64,000 nt of DNA from an uncultured Flavobacteriaceae bacterium (GCA_964475595.1 CAYYXG010000014.1:1326-65325); one strand, 5' to 3'. Positions 50,154-61,073 are shown, counted from the stretch's first letter. Notes: a model not told the origin generated them from the sequence alone. Translations and numbers: made by a program.

Positions 50154-50900
50154 ATGGAACTCACCACCCGCAAATTCTGGTCAGATTACTGGCACAGCAA
50201 GATAGAGGAGTTTGAAAAACCCGTAAGAACCGAATACGTTTTTACCCGTCTTTTTCAAGAAGTAATGACCGGAAAGACATTCGAGAATGCATGCGAACTT
50301 GGCGGGTTCCCCGGTACTTTTTCCATTCACGTACAGCGCGATTTGGGACTTCCCTGTTCTCTGGTTGATTATTTTATTGATGAATCATTGTTGCACCGGT
50401 TTCTGAGTGCCAATCACCTTGACAAGGATGCATTGAAATGGAAAGAGGCCGATATTCTGGCAGCCGAGCCGGCGCACCAAACCTTTGATTTTGTTTTTTC
50501 CATTGGTCTGATTGAGCATTTTGAGGATACTCAAGCCATTCTGAAGGCCCATGTAAAATATGTGAAATCCGGTGGCAGACTTTTTCTGATACTTCCCAAT
50601 TTTACCGGTATTAACGGCTGGTTTCAGCGCAAGTTTGACAAGGAAAATTATGACAAGCATTTTATCCCTTGCATGGATCCCGAATTGTTGAAGCGCATGC
50701 TGGCAGGGCTGGGAGGGAAGCAGGTACAGGGTGGTTACTGGGGTAATTTCAGTATATGGCTGGAAAACTATGCTTCACAGCCCGCGTGGGTCAAACTTTT
50801 CTTCAAGGCCTCATGGTTTTCGGGAAAAGTTATCGCCAAATTATTGGGGTTGAAGGGTAAAACAACCGCTCCCTATATCTGGGTTGCTTGTGATGTGTAG
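50154..50900 (+). CDS. putative SAM-dependent methyltransferase
   Basis: CELGGFPGTF and DFVFSIGLIEHFED resemble class I methyltransferase motifs. Confidence 0.4.
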   Translation: MELTTRKFWSDYWHSKIEEFEKPVRTEYVFTRLFQEVMTGKTFENACELGGFPGTFSIHVQRDLGLPCSLVDYFIDESLLHRFLSANHLDKDALKWKEADILAAEPAHQTFDFVFSIGLIEHFEDTQAILKAHVKYVKSGGRLFLILPNFTGINGWFQRKFDKENYDKHFIPCMDPELLKRMLAGLGGKQVQGGYWGNFSIWLENYASQPAWVKLFFKASWFSGKVIAKLLGLKGKTTAPYIWVACDV

Positions 50901-50901
50901 A

Positions 50902-52191
50902 TCAATCAGCCCCTAGATTAGCGGCATGATAAATTGGCATAAACTGCAATGCCCCTTCATTTCCCGGGGCCATCTTAGCCATGACAATGCCTTTTTTAAC
51001 GTGTTGGTTTTCTTTTAGCAAGAGATGCATACTTCTCAATTTACCCGATCGACCGGATTTTACTTCGATGGGTATTATTTCACCGTTTTGTTCGATGACA
51101 AAATCCACCTCAGCGCTGCTGTTTTTTTGCATTCTTGCCCAGAAATACAGAGGATTGCAGCCCCTGCACAGCAATTGCTGACCTACAAATTGTTCTGCCC
51201 AAGATCCGGAAAAATTGGAATTTATATCCTTATTGTGAAAAAGGTTTTCCCAGGCCACATTGCTGCGGCAAAGCAATAATCCTATATCCAGGAACAACGC
51301 CTTGAATTGTTTGCCGGTTTTGGAAAATGGCAGGTCCTGTACCGACACATTGCTGACTTTGTATATCAGTTTGGCGGTACTAAGCACTTCAAATCCCTTT
51401 TTGATGGTGGGAAGGGTAAATCGATTGCTAAGCTTGGTATAGATAATTTGTGACCCAACATTAAGGGAAACATTATCCAGTATGTCAAGTAAGCAATCTT
51501 TGTTTACCATAGGGTTGTAGCTGGAAAAATCCTGTTGGAATGTGAACAGCAAATCCTGTTGTATTTTTCTTACTTCACGATAATTCTCACTGCAGATAAA
51601 TTCATACACACAAGCCGGCATACCCCCAACCCAAAAGTAATTGAGTAATTCTTGGTAAATCTTCTGCTCGATAAGCTGAGGAATGCTTTTCTGTGGGCTG
51701 CTTATGTGTTTGAGTAAGGCCTCATTATTCCTGGCCCTTAAAAATTCCTCGAAGTCCATTGGAAACATGTCCATTAGCTCAACCCGGCCCACTGGAAACG
51801 ATATCTCTTTCAGCTGAAATTCCAACAGTGAACCTGCAGCAATTACATGCAGGTGGGGCAGGTCCTCATAAAAATAGCGAAGAGCAACAATGGCCTTGGG
51901 GCATTGCTGTATTTCATCAAAGAACAGCAAGGTTTTGTTGCTGATGGAAACATTGAGCAACACCTCCAATTCTTGCACGATGCGGCTTACATTCAGGTCT
52001 TGCTCAAAAAGCGTTGACAACTGCGGTGTTTTTTCAAAGTTGATCTCTATATAGTTGCCGGCATATTTTGTTTTGCCAAGCTGTCGCACTGTCCAGCTTT
52101 TACCAATTTGTCTTGCACCATTGATAATCAGTGGTTTTCGTCTGGGTTTGGAAGCCCATTTCTCCAGTTGATTTATCGCCTTTCTGTACAT
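50902..52191 (-). CDS. AAA+ ATPase (DUF4143-type)
   Basis: PLIINGARQIGKSWT Walker A with a DUF4143-like C-terminal region. Confidence 0.7.
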   Translation of the reverse strand: MYRKAINQLEKWASKPRRKPLIINGARQIGKSWTVRQLGKTKYAGNYIEINFEKTPQLSTLFEQDLNVSRIVQELEVLLNVSISNKTLLFFDEIQQCPKAIVALRYFYEDLPHLHVIAAGSLLEFQLKEISFPVGRVELMDMFPMDFEEFLRARNNEALLKHISSPQKSIPQLIEQKIYQELLNYFWVGGMPACVYEFICSENYREVRKIQQDLLFTFQQDFSSYNPMVNKDCLLDILDNVSLNVGSQIIYTKLSNRFTLPTIKKGFEVLSTAKLIYKVSNVSVQDLPFSKTGKQFKALFLDIGLLLCRSNVAWENLFHNKDINSNFSGSWAEQFVGQQLLCRGCNPLYFWARMQKNSSAEVDFVIEQNGEIIPIEVKSGRSGKLRSMHLLLKENQHVKKGIVMAKMAPGNEGALQFMPIYHAANLGAD

Positions 52192-52318
52192 TGGATTTAA
52201 AATAACAAGGCAAAAATAGTATTATAACTTTAATATACCAAGGTAAAAAATGAAGTGTAACTTTAATAAACCAAGGTAAAAATAAAATATAAAGTTTAAA
52301 ATACCAAGGTATTTGGGT

Positions 52319-53866
52319 TTATCCGCCCCAGTTTTCTCTGTCCAGACTGCGGTAGTGAATGGCCTCTGCCAGGTGTTCAATTTTAATATTGTCTGAACCC
52401 GCCAGATCAGCAATGGTGCGGCTTACTTTCAAAATTCTGTCGTAGGCACGGGCACTGAGATTGAGTTTTTGCATGGCAGATTTCAGCAGAAGCTGACCGG
52501 CTGCATCAATGCCACAGACGTCATGAACTTTATTGCCGGGAAGCTGGGCATTGCAGTAAACCCCATTCCATTCGCTGTATCGCTGTTGCTGAATATCGCG
52601 CGCCTGCTGCACGCGGGCCCTGATATCGGCGCTTTTTTCAGTTTGTCGGTTTCGGGCGGTAAGCTCATCAAACCCCACCGGAGTAACCTCAATGTGGATG
52701 TCGATTCTATCCAGCAGCGGACCTGAGATGCGGCTCAGGTAGCGATCTACCACACCCGGTCCGCAAACGCAGTCTTTTTCAGGATGGTTGTAGTAACCGC
52801 AAGGGCAGGGGTTCATACTGGCCACCAGCATAAAACTGGAAGGGTAATCTACGGTCCATCGAGCGCGGGAGATGGTTACTTTGCGCTCTTCCAGGGGTTG
52901 CCGCATTACCTCCAGGACGGTGCGTTTAAATTCGGGCAGTTCATCCAAAAACAGTACCCCGTTGTGGGCCAGACTGATTTCACCGGGCTGTGGGTGGTTT
53001 CCGCCGCCCACCAGGGCTACATCGCTGATGGTATGGTGCGGACTGCGAAAGGGTCTGTGCGCCACAAGGCCGCCGCTGTTGCCCAGTTTTCCTGCTACAG
53101 AATGAATTTTGGTGGTTTCCAGGGCTTCATGCAGGTTTAATGGGGGCATAATGGTGGGAAGGCGCTTTGCCAACATGGTTTTCCCTGCACCCGGAGGGCC
53201 GATGAGTATGATGTTGTGTCCGCCGGCAGCGGCAATTTCCATGGCCCGTTTGATGTTTTCCTGTCCCTGAACATCGCAAAAGTCCACATCGTACTGTTGC
53301 TGTGCCTCCTCAAATTCGCTGCGAGGGTCGGCAAAAGCCCGTGTGAGTTGGGTTTTACCGGACAGAAAATCGGCTACTTCCTTCAGGTTTTTAACACCGT
53401 ATACTTCAAGGTCTTTGACTATGGCGGCTTCCCGGGCATTTTGTTCCGGCAGAATCAAGCCTTTGAAACCGTCCTTCATGGCCTGTATGGCGATGGGCAA
53501 TGCTCCGCGGATGGGTAAAATTCCACCATCCAGGCCCAGTTCGCCCATGAGGATGTAGTGACTGAGTGAGTGGTCAGAAAGCTGATAGGTAGCGGCCAAC
53601 ATCCCGATGGCAATGGGCAAATCGTATGCACTGCCTTCCTTTCGCAGGTCTGCCGGTGCCATGTTCACCACTACGCGCTGCCGGATGGGTTCAAAACCGC
53701 TGTTTTTAATGGCTGCATCTGTCCTGAACAGGCTTTCTTTAACGGCATTGTCCGGTAGCCCGATGACAAATGTTTTAAATTCGGCCCCGGTAGTTGCGTT
53801 TACCTCTACTGTAATAGGCGTAGCGTTCACACCGTGAACGGCGCTCGCAAATAATTTTACCAGCAT
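52319..53866 (-). CDS. yifB: YifB/ComM family Mg-chelatase-like ATPase
   Basis: 515 aa. MLVKLFASAVHGVNATPITVEV start. ATPase core GPPGAGKTMLAKRL. Confidence 0.85.
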   Translation of the reverse strand: MLVKLFASAVHGVNATPITVEVNATTGAEFKTFVIGLPDNAVKESLFRTDAAIKNSGFEPIRQRVVVNMAPADLRKEGSAYDLPIAIGMLAATYQLSDHSLSHYILMGELGLDGGILPIRGALPIAIQAMKDGFKGLILPEQNAREAAIVKDLEVYGVKNLKEVADFLSGKTQLTRAFADPRSEFEEAQQQYDVDFCDVQGQENIKRAMEIAAAGGHNIILIGPPGAGKTMLAKRLPTIMPPLNLHEALETTKIHSVAGKLGNSGGLVAHRPFRSPHHTISDVALVGGGNHPQPGEISLAHNGVLFLDELPEFKRTVLEVMRQPLEERKVTISRARWTVDYPSSFMLVASMNPCPCGYYNHPEKDCVCGPGVVDRYLSRISGPLLDRIDIHIEVTPVGFDELTARNRQTEKSADIRARVQQARDIQQQRYSEWNGVYCNAQLPGNKVHDVCGIDAAGQLLLKSAMQKLNLSARAYDRILKVSRTIADLAGSDNIKIEHLAEAIHYRSLDRENWGG

Positions 53867-53869
53867 GGT

Positions 53870-54355
53870 TTAATAGATTTTACCGGTTTTTACCACCTTG
53901 AGCCCTACATCGCTTACCCCGGAGAGTTTTTCATCGCGCATATTCTGTGCGAGTTCTACGGTGTATTGCCCCGGTTTAAGTTTCAATCCGCTCACAAAGG
54001 GTTTTTCGTAGCTGATCAGATTGCCCTGGCCTTTGCCAAGCCATTTCCCGGTATTATCTGAAAGGACTATCTCAAACTGATTTTTTTGGGAACCAACCGG
54101 CCCATCCAGTTTGTAGACCATCCATATGTTGGAGTAGCTGTAACCGGTTTGAATTCTCAGACCGCAAATCAATGAATAGTAATAAGTGGAATCTTCAACG
54201 GTAAAAGTAAACTTTTTGCCTTGCTTCCATTGCCAGCCGCCGGCATCGGTTTTTTCAAAAGTGTTTAAGACCACATTTTCATCAGTGGTGCAGGAATGAA
54301 ACAAAGGCAGAGTGAATAGTAAAACAAACGCAAAACGAAAAAATAGATGATTCAT
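53870..54355 (-). CDS. small lipoprotein (possibly GldH-like)
   Basis: LFTLPLFHSC lipobox. 161 aa. The family call is weak. Confidence 0.45.
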   Translation of the reverse strand: MNHLFFRFAFVLLFTLPLFHSCTTDENVVLNTFEKTDAGGWQWKQGKKFTFTVEDSTYYYSLICGLRIQTGYSYSNIWMVYKLDGPVGSQKNQFEIVLSDNTGKWLGKGQGNLISYEKPFVSGLKLKPGQYTVELAQNMRDEKLSGVSDVGLKVVKTGKIY

Positions 54356-54371
54356 AACTCAACAAATAAAA

Positions 54372-55373
54372 TTAATTAAATAATATGCGAAGAAACGCAT
54401 CTTCCTGTTGAAAAAGAAATTTTGGGGTGGTAAATGTCATAAAAATTCGTCTTTTCATGTCATCCGGTAAACCTTGCATTCTTGCAAAATCCTTGCGGGT
54501 AGTGACAATTGCGTTGGTTTGAGACTCAGACAAGAACTTTTGCCATTGCTTGTAATCACCATCACTAAAAAGGTAATGGTCAGGATAACCCTTGCAGTCA
54601 ATTACATGGGAGCGTTGCTTCACCCAATGCTGAAATACTTCATTATTTGCCAAACCCGAAACAACCATTATGTGGGCGTCTGAGGGGCATTTGTTTCCGA
54701 GATTATTTTCCGGATCAGCGTTTATATAATGGCAGAAAAACACAGGTTTATCATATTTTTCTAGGCGTCTGCATATTATATCTGCTTCGGTCTCCTGCAA
54801 ATCAATTGGGCATTTGGTAACCACAATAACATCCGCCTGAGATGCCGTGCAGGCGAATTCTCGCAATCTTCCTGCAGGCATAGGCCAATCCTTGTAAAAG
54901 GGTAAATTAAAATCGGTAAGTAGCACATATTTATTGGCGAGCAGTGGTACGTGCTGAAAGGCGTCATCCAGAATAACCGTTTCAGTTTGAGGAAGCAGCT
55001 TTTTTATGGATGCAATGCCTTCGAGGCGTTTTTCACAAACGAATACGGGCAAATTCGGATTCGCAATTTTCATTTCAAGGGGCTCATCACCGCACAAAGC
55101 AGCATCATCGGTTAACTGCACCTCCCTGAAACCTTTGGTTTTGCGTTTATAGCCCCTTGAGAGCATGGCTGTTGCGTTTTTGGTGTGTTGGGCAAGGTAG
55201 AGTGCCATTGGGGTTTTTCCAGTGCCTCCTACGGCCAAATTTCCAACAGCAATAGAAAATAGGGTACTCCTTTTTCGTTTATGAAGGCGCTGAAAATACT
55301 GCCTGCGAAACCAGGCGGCTAACGCGTAAATGAAACCTAAGGGGATTAAAAAAACCTGAAGTAAAGCCCTCAC
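54372..55373 (-). CDS. lpxK: tetraacyldisaccharide 4'-kinase
   Basis: VGNLAVGGTGKTPMALYLAQ motif. Confidence 0.8.
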   Translation of the reverse strand: MRALLQVFLIPLGFIYALAAWFRRQYFQRLHKRKRSTLFSIAVGNLAVGGTGKTPMALYLAQHTKNATAMLSRGYKRKTKGFREVQLTDDAALCGDEPLEMKIANPNLPVFVCEKRLEGIASIKKLLPQTETVILDDAFQHVPLLANKYVLLTDFNLPFYKDWPMPAGRLREFACTASQADVIVVTKCPIDLQETEADIICRRLEKYDKPVFFCHYINADPENNLGNKCPSDAHIMVVSGLANNEVFQHWVKQRSHVIDCKGYPDHYLFSDGDYKQWQKFLSESQTNAIVTTRKDFARMQGLPDDMKRRIFMTFTTPKFLFQQEDAFLRILFN

Positions 55374-55389
55374 AATGGAACAAAGGTAG

Positions 55390-55935
55390 CTAATCCAGAA
55401 TATGCTTCAGCACATACCAGCCGGAATGCAGGATTCGGTTCATTTCTTTTTCGCCCCATGCCAGTAAAAATCCGGGGCCAGGATGATTGGGCAGTAACAT
55501 CCATCTTTCTCCGTTCTCAGCGATAAAGACGAGGGTATTTTCTGTTAACTGAGTTTTGTCACGCACACCGCTGCTATCCCTTGTTTTTTCTGCCCAGATT
55601 TCTATCTTTCGTATCACGAAGGGTTTGTTAAATTGAAAAACCGCCGCGTGGTGTTTGGGTGGCTCGTTGTCAATTCTCAGGGCAAAGCTAATGGGCACGT
55701 CTTCCATTGCTATTTCTTCCTGCCAAACCTTTATGGGCTGTCCCAATGGATGAAGTATCAGTCCCAGTTCAGATGAAAGGAACATTTCTTTTGCAGTCCA
55801 GTCTTTTTGCATCTGAGCGGCGGAGATACTGAGTATTTCTTTGCCAATCCATGATTTACAGGTTTCCATGACCGAATCGCTAAGCCGCAGATAGAATTTT
55901 AGTGCTTCCATTGCACCAAAAATAAGAAAGGCCAC
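55390..55935 (-). CDS. hypothetical protein
   Basis: 181-aa ORF, GC-normal, co-directional with lpxK. Confidence 0.45.
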   Translation of the reverse strand: MAFLIFGAMEALKFYLRLSDSVMETCKSWIGKEILSISAAQMQKDWTAKEMFLSSELGLILHPLGQPIKVWQEEIAMEDVPISFALRIDNEPPKHHAAVFQFNKPFVIRKIEIWAEKTRDSSGVRDKTQLTENTLVFIAENGERWMLLPNHPGPGFLLAWGEKEMNRILHSGWYVLKHILD

Positions 55936-55969
55936 CTTTCGGGTGGCCTTTCCATGATATAGTTCAGTT

Positions 55970-57556
55970 TTAGTAGGTTACAACAATTTCTACGCGACGG
56001 TTGGTGGCTTTATTAACCACACTGGTGTTGGGAACCTTAGGACGGGTGTCACCAAAACCTACTGCTTTCATGCGCTCAGGCGAAATTCCTTTGCCTAACA
56101 TGTACACAACAACTGCATCGGCACGGCGCTGAGAGAGGTCCAGGTTTTTGGCAGGATCACCGTCAGAATCTGTGTGCCCCTCGATGGTTACAGAAGCTTC
56201 AGCATATTCCTTCAGAATTTTCACCAGACGGTCAATGTCGTCATAAGATTCTCTCTTCAGGATATCTTTGCTGGTTTCGAAGAAAATATTTTTCGCTGCC
56301 TGTTCGATGGCTCTCTTGGTTTCCACCTTGATTTCAGGACAACCCTTATTGGCAGCGATACCGGGCTTGGTTGGACACTTGTCCAAGTGATCGAATATTC
56401 CGTCACCATCGGTATCGGGGCAACCTTCACCGGCTATGCTACCGGCCACATCGGGACATTTATCAGAACCATCCTCTACGCCGTCTCCATCGCGGTCAGG
56501 GCAGCCATTGAGGGCGAGGATACCGGCCACGGTGGGGCATTTGTCGTCTTTATCGAGTACACCATCACCGTCAGTGTCAGGGCAGCCGCCGCTCTCGGGA
56601 CTTCCCGCATCCTTAGGACATTTGTCTTTACTATCTTCAATACCGTCACCGTCAGTATCGGGGCAACCGGCAAATTTTTTCAGGCCTTTTACATCCGGGC
56701 AGGCGTCATCTGCATCATAAACTGAATCTTGGTCACGATCTGCAGGGCAACCCACGCTGTCAACATATTTGCGGTATTTTTCAGGCGTGTTTTTACAGAG
56801 GTCGTATTTGTCACAAACACCATCTTCATCTTTATCCTTGCACCTGCTTGGGCCTTTGCTTTCACCCAATGCAAGGGTAATGCCGATGGCATTGTAACCC
56901 CACATATCGTTGGTTTTCCAAAGTTTGTTTACCAAGGGCATTGAAGGGTCTGCGTCACCTGGCTGATTGGCACCATCCCAACGATCGTTCATGGTATAAG
57001 TAGCGGTCCATGACCAACGAACTCCGATGCGATCACTTACGTTGAAAGATACGCCCAGACCACCTTGAACAGAGGCTCCCATTTCCGTGATAGCATTCTG
57101 GATTTCGTTTTGATTGCCCCAGCGCACCTGGCTGTGAACATAATAACCTCCAAAACCACCATACACGTAGGGAATAATTTTGGATTCTTCGTTGAAGAAT
57201 GAATTTAACTTAAATCGAGCACCCAGGGTAAGGTCCATGGTGTTGGCTCTGAAGGACTGATACTTCCAAGGTTCAGTTTGCCAGTCAACCACCCTTTTGA
57301 AACCCACATCACCGGCAGTAAAATTTACAACACCGTCGAACATAGGGTTCAGGTAATAGCCGAAGTTGATACCGGCACCCTGGTAGTCGGGTTTTTTGGC
57401 GAAGAACAGGGAAGAACCCTGGTCACCTAAATATTCTCTCAAGCCAAAGTTGGCTTCAACACTCATTGGGGCATCTGCAGTCTGTGCCTGCGCAACTGTG
57501 AAGGTTGTGAAAGCCAGCGCTGTGCTTAGTAATCGTCCCAGGTATTTTTGCATCAT
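55970..57556 (-). CDS. OmpA family outer-membrane protein with thrombospondin type-3 repeats
   Basis: Repeated CPDTDGDG.D..DKCP units and a C-terminal OmpA domain ...LSQRRADAVVVYM...RRVEIVVTY. Confidence 0.8.
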   Translation of the reverse strand: MMQKYLGRLLSTALAFTTFTVAQAQTADAPMSVEANFGLREYLGDQGSSLFFAKKPDYQGAGINFGYYLNPMFDGVVNFTAGDVGFKRVVDWQTEPWKYQSFRANTMDLTLGARFKLNSFFNEESKIIPYVYGGFGGYYVHSQVRWGNQNEIQNAITEMGASVQGGLGVSFNVSDRIGVRWSWTATYTMNDRWDGANQPGDADPSMPLVNKLWKTNDMWGYNAIGITLALGESKGPSRCKDKDEDGVCDKYDLCKNTPEKYRKYVDSVGCPADRDQDSVYDADDACPDVKGLKKFAGCPDTDGDGIEDSKDKCPKDAGSPESGGCPDTDGDGVLDKDDKCPTVAGILALNGCPDRDGDGVEDGSDKCPDVAGSIAGEGCPDTDGDGIFDHLDKCPTKPGIAANKGCPEIKVETKRAIEQAAKNIFFETSKDILKRESYDDIDRLVKILKEYAEASVTIEGHTDSDGDPAKNLDLSQRRADAVVVYMLGKGISPERMKAVGFGDTRPKVPNTSVVNKATNRRVEIVVTY

Positions 57557-57730
57557 AAGCTTATTTTTTACTTTTTAAACGGGGTTATCAGGCAACAAAT
57601 ATAGGAACTTCATGTAAAAAAAAAGTTTTTTAAAAAAATTTAATGTCAGCAAAATATTTCATTTTGTCACAGCAGTGTCAAAAATAAAGGCCTTGTTCGC
57701 TGATTTTCAAATGCCCGGCAAGGGCATGAA

Positions 57731-58177
57731 TCAATTGTAAACGAAAAGTAAATTTCCGGTTCTACTAATGTTGTATCGCGCTAAAGAACCTGCTGCAGGT
57801 CCTTTTACAGGCAAGCCATTGAACATGTAGCGGCTTTCGCAGCATGTTTCAAATTTGCCGGGGCGGGGTGTTCCGCAACGTAGCTGGATGGCCTGCGTAT
57901 CTACCCAAATGCGGGAGCAGGAATTGAGTGGCTGCCAGGCGCAGGTTCTTTCAAATGCATGCCAGGTATCGTCATAATCATGGATGATAAGCACTCCTTT
58001 TACCCCACCATCGGCATAGGTAAAACTTCCGGGAACTATTAGGTGTTGGTAATCCAGCAGATTCAAATCGAGGGTGACGTTGACCGGGCCGGTGGGTATG
58101 GCTTCTGTAGCATTGTTATTGCGGCAATTACCCAGTAACAACAGCATGCATGCTGATAGAAAAAACCTATTCCTCAT
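57731..58177 (-). CDS. putative lipoprotein
   Basis: Trimmed to MRNRFFLSACMLLLLGNC lipobox-like start. Overlaps the hbd 3' end slightly. Confidence 0.35.
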   Translation of the reverse strand: MRNRFFLSACMLLLLGNCRNNNATEAIPTGPVNVTLDLNLLDYQHLIVPGSFTYADGGVKGVLIIHDYDDTWHAFERTCAWQPLNSCSRIWVDTQAIQLRCGTPRPGKFETCCESRYMFNGLPVKGPAAGSLARYNISRTGNLLFVYN

Positions 58178-59018
58178 ATCGATAAAAACCCTGACCGGAC
58201 TTTCTGCCATGGTGGCCTGCATCAACTTTTTGTTTTTGTATGCGGCTGGGTCTGAATTTGGCATCTTGTCCAAAAAGATTAAACATAGAGCCGGTGACAG
58301 CGTAGTTGGTGTCTACTCCAATAAGGTCCATGAGCCGGAACGGTCCCATTTTAAAACCCGAGGCCTCGCAAAGTCTGTCTATACTTTCCAGTGGCGCTAC
58401 CTGCTCTTCCAGTATTTTCAATCCTTCTACGTAGTAATGTCGTGCTACCCTGTTCACAATGAAACCCGGTGCATCTGCTGCATATACGGCAGTTTTACCC
58501 AATGACTCTGCCCAATCAAAGGCCTTTTTAGCTATGTCACAGTGTGTTTCTGCGCCTGAAATAATCTCAACCAGTTTCATGATATGTGCCGGGTTAAAGA
58601 AATGCACACCCACTACACGTTCCGGATGTTGAAGTCCCCGTGCAATCTGGGTGATAGGAATAGAGCTGGTGTTGGTAGCGAGAATGGTATCTGAAGGATT
58701 GATGGCTTCCAGTTGCTGAAAAAGCGTTTGTTTTATTTCCAGATTTTCCAGAACTGCTTCTATGATGATGTCCGCGTGCAGTGCCGTAACCTCTGTAACG
58801 GGAGTGAGTAGCTGAAGTGCGGATTGGGCTTTGTCGCCGGTTAATTTTCCTTTTGCAACTGCCTTTTCGAGCTCTTTTTGGATATAGGATTTCCCTTTCA
58901 GGAGTGCGGCTTCATTGACATCAAACAACAGGGTTGTATAACCTGCCTGAATGCTACTTAGGGCAATTCCGGCTCCCATCACGCCTGCACCTGCTACGGC
59001 CACTTTCATCATATACAA
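58167..59018 (-). CDS. 3-hydroxyacyl/3-hydroxybutyryl-CoA dehydrogenase
   Basis: MKVAVAGAGVMGAGIA NAD-binding N-terminus. 283 aa. Confidence 0.8.
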   Translation of the reverse strand: MYMMKVAVAGAGVMGAGIALSSIQAGYTTLLFDVNEAALLKGKSYIQKELEKAVAKGKLTGDKAQSALQLLTPVTEVTALHADIIIEAVLENLEIKQTLFQQLEAINPSDTILATNTSSIPITQIARGLQHPERVVGVHFFNPAHIMKLVEIISGAETHCDIAKKAFDWAESLGKTAVYAADAPGFIVNRVARHYYVEGLKILEEQVAPLESIDRLCEASGFKMGPFRLMDLIGVDTNYAVTGSMFNLFGQDAKFRPSRIQKQKVDAGHHGRKSGQGFYRYEE

Positions 59019-59030
59019 ATATAAGACTGA

Positions 59031-60299
59031 TTAGCGAGAAGTAAGCCAGCCGGCTGGGTTTAACTTTGATTGGCCTTGCCAAAGTTGAAACTGTAGAATG
59101 GTTTTGGATTCATCATCGGTCCATACGGTTCCCAGCACCTGTTTGGCTTCCACCTGTTGGCCCCTACTCACGTATACCTGACTCAGGCGGCTGTATACCG
59201 TATAATATTCCCCATGATTGAGCAATACGGCTTTTTCTTGTCCGGGTATTTCCAAGATGGCAGAAACCGTGCCCTTGAATACAGCCCTTGCTTTGCTGCC
59301 ACCGGCAGTAGTAATATCCACACCATTATTCACCAGGGTAATACCGGCAAGGTCAGGGTGGGCATGGACTCCAAAATATTGTGAAATGTAACCTCTTTCA
59401 ACGGGCCACGGCAGACTACCTTTTCCGGATTCAAAATTATCACTGATCAATCTGGCTTCGGGAGTGAGTAGTATTGCGCCTGCCGATTTAGCTACACTGC
59501 CCCCTGTAGACTTACGAGCAGCCGAAGCTACATTTGCATTATCCCTTTTTGCTTGCTCTCTGGCGCGTTTTTTAGCTGCAGCAATTTCACGGGCAATCAT
59601 AGCAGATATGGCAGAATTGAGTTTCGCTATGGCCTTTTCGTTCTGTTTAATTTTTTTTCGGAGTTCAGCTTCTTTCCCTGCTAAAGACTGCACCAGTTTA
59701 GTTTTTTGCTGTTTATCAGTTTCCAGCTGCTGTTTTTCTTGTTTTTCGGCCAGTAGTATCCCGTTTTTTTCCTGCCGAATTTCTTCCAGTGTTTCCAGTC
59801 CGTTTTTTACTTCTGCTGCTTTGGATTGCAATAGACCAATCTGCTGGTTGCGGTAGTCAGAAAGGCTGCTCAAGTAGTACATTCTACGCACGGCTTGCCG
59901 GAAGGAGGCTGCTGCAAAAACAAAAGCCAGGCGGTTTGCTGATTTTCTGCCTTTATATGCCTTGAGTATTGTTTTTCGAAGTTTGAGCTGCTCTGACTGA
60001 TAGGATTCTTTTAGTTGTTCCAGCGTTTCAGTTTGTTTGCTGATTTCGTTATCTGCCTCTGAAAGTTCTGTATTTAGGTCCTTAATAACCTCTGCTTGTT
60101 GATCGATAATACGGTTGAGAGCTCCTATTTTATGGAGTGTGGCACTTTTTTCTGCGCTTGTTTTTTGTAGAATACCCCTCGTATATTGTATTTCTTGCTG
60201 AACTTTTTTGCGTTTTTTTTCCAGTTCCCGTCGGGATTGGGCTAATCCTGAAAAGGGAATTAGCAGCGATAAAAACCCTATGCAGGCGAGGCGCAACAT
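59031..60299 (-). CDS. M23 family peptidase with N-terminal coiled-coil (EnvC-like)
   Basis: Signal peptide, long Q/K/E-rich coiled-coil, C-terminal M23/LytM block ...HGEYYTVYSRLSQVYV. Confidence 0.7.
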   Translation of the reverse strand: MLRLACIGFLSLLIPFSGLAQSRRELEKKRKKVQQEIQYTRGILQKTSAEKSATLHKIGALNRIIDQQAEVIKDLNTELSEADNEISKQTETLEQLKESYQSEQLKLRKTILKAYKGRKSANRLAFVFAAASFRQAVRRMYYLSSLSDYRNQQIGLLQSKAAEVKNGLETLEEIRQEKNGILLAEKQEKQQLETDKQQKTKLVQSLAGKEAELRKKIKQNEKAIAKLNSAISAMIAREIAAAKKRAREQAKRDNANVASAARKSTGGSVAKSAGAILLTPEARLISDNFESGKGSLPWPVERGYISQYFGVHAHPDLAGITLVNNGVDITTAGGSKARAVFKGTVSAILEIPGQEKAVLLNHGEYYTVYSRLSQVYVSRGQQVEAKQVLGTVWTDDESKTILQFQLWQGQSKLNPAGWLTSR

Positions 60300-60301
60300 A
60301 T

Positions 60302-61066
60302 TTACTTTTTTGGGGTGTAGCCCGGAGGAATGCTGAATGGGTACGAAGGTATTGCAGCATCGCTTGGCTTTGTGAACGATGCCTGCAAGCGTACAGTATT
60401 TTTGTCACCAAAAGCGGTAAGGCGCATCTGGCTTGGCACAGAGAAAGCTCCGGAACGTTGTTCGCCCTCATAAACCACCTTAATTTGTCTGTTTTTTTCG
60501 GTATCTGCAATCACAGAACTGTCAATATTGCCATTGCTATTGGTGAATAGGAGATTGGTAACAGGAGGGTTTGCCGAAAACCAAGCACCGGTAGGGGTGT
60601 CTTTACGATAAAACAGGGTGTCGAAAATGGGGTTAGAGACGATCAGATTTTGGAGCTCCCTGAGTGAAACGGAGGCTCCCAGCATTGAAGAAAGATCGTT
60701 AATACCCAGTCGCATATATTCTTTATGATACAAGTCCAGCACCAGCACACTGTCTTGGGTGATAATGCCTTTGGCAACCTGTATGCCGAAGGCAACCGAA
60801 ACGGAAAACCAGAGTATGCTGTCGTTGCGCATGCGCAAGCTTAGGGTACCGCTCATTTCCTGACCATCGTCGGATGTGTAATCAATGCTGAGTTTATCTG
60901 AGAAATGGGACCAGCTTTTTCGGTTAATATTGTCGCCTTTCAGCACTGTGATGGTATCAGCATTTAGTGTTCCTAAGCGCACAGGAGCATCTGTAAAGGC
61001 ATGTTTTTTTGATTTACAAGCGATGGTTGAAGCCAGAATGGCAAGTAAAACGATAAGATTTCTCAA
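60302..61066 (-). CDS. lipoprotein (DUF4292-like)
   Basis: LAILASTIACKS lipobox. 3-nt gap to the M23 peptidase gene. Confidence 0.4.
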   Translation of the reverse strand: MRNLIVLLAILASTIACKSKKHAFTDAPVRLGTLNADTITVLKGDNINRKSWSHFSDKLSIDYTSDDGQEMSGTLSLRMRNDSILWFSVSVAFGIQVAKGIITQDSVLVLDLYHKEYMRLGINDLSSMLGASVSLRELQNLIVSNPIFDTLFYRKDTPTGAWFSANPPVTNLLFTNSNGNIDSSVIADTEKNRQIKVVYEGEQRSGAFSVPSQMRLTAFGDKNTVRLQASFTKPSDAAIPSYPFSIPPGYTPKK

Positions 61067-61073
61067 TGGATGA

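Noticed and set aside
53870-54355. Calling the 161-aa lipoprotein GldH
   Set aside because: Only size and lipobox match from memory, with no diagnostic motif. It is kept as a generic lipoprotein.
56174-56944. Plus-strand ORFs inside the OmpA/TSP3 gene (Pro/Ser-rich translations)
   Set aside because: They are frame artefacts of the repetitive GAT-GGC-rich TSP3 coding sequence on the opposite strand.
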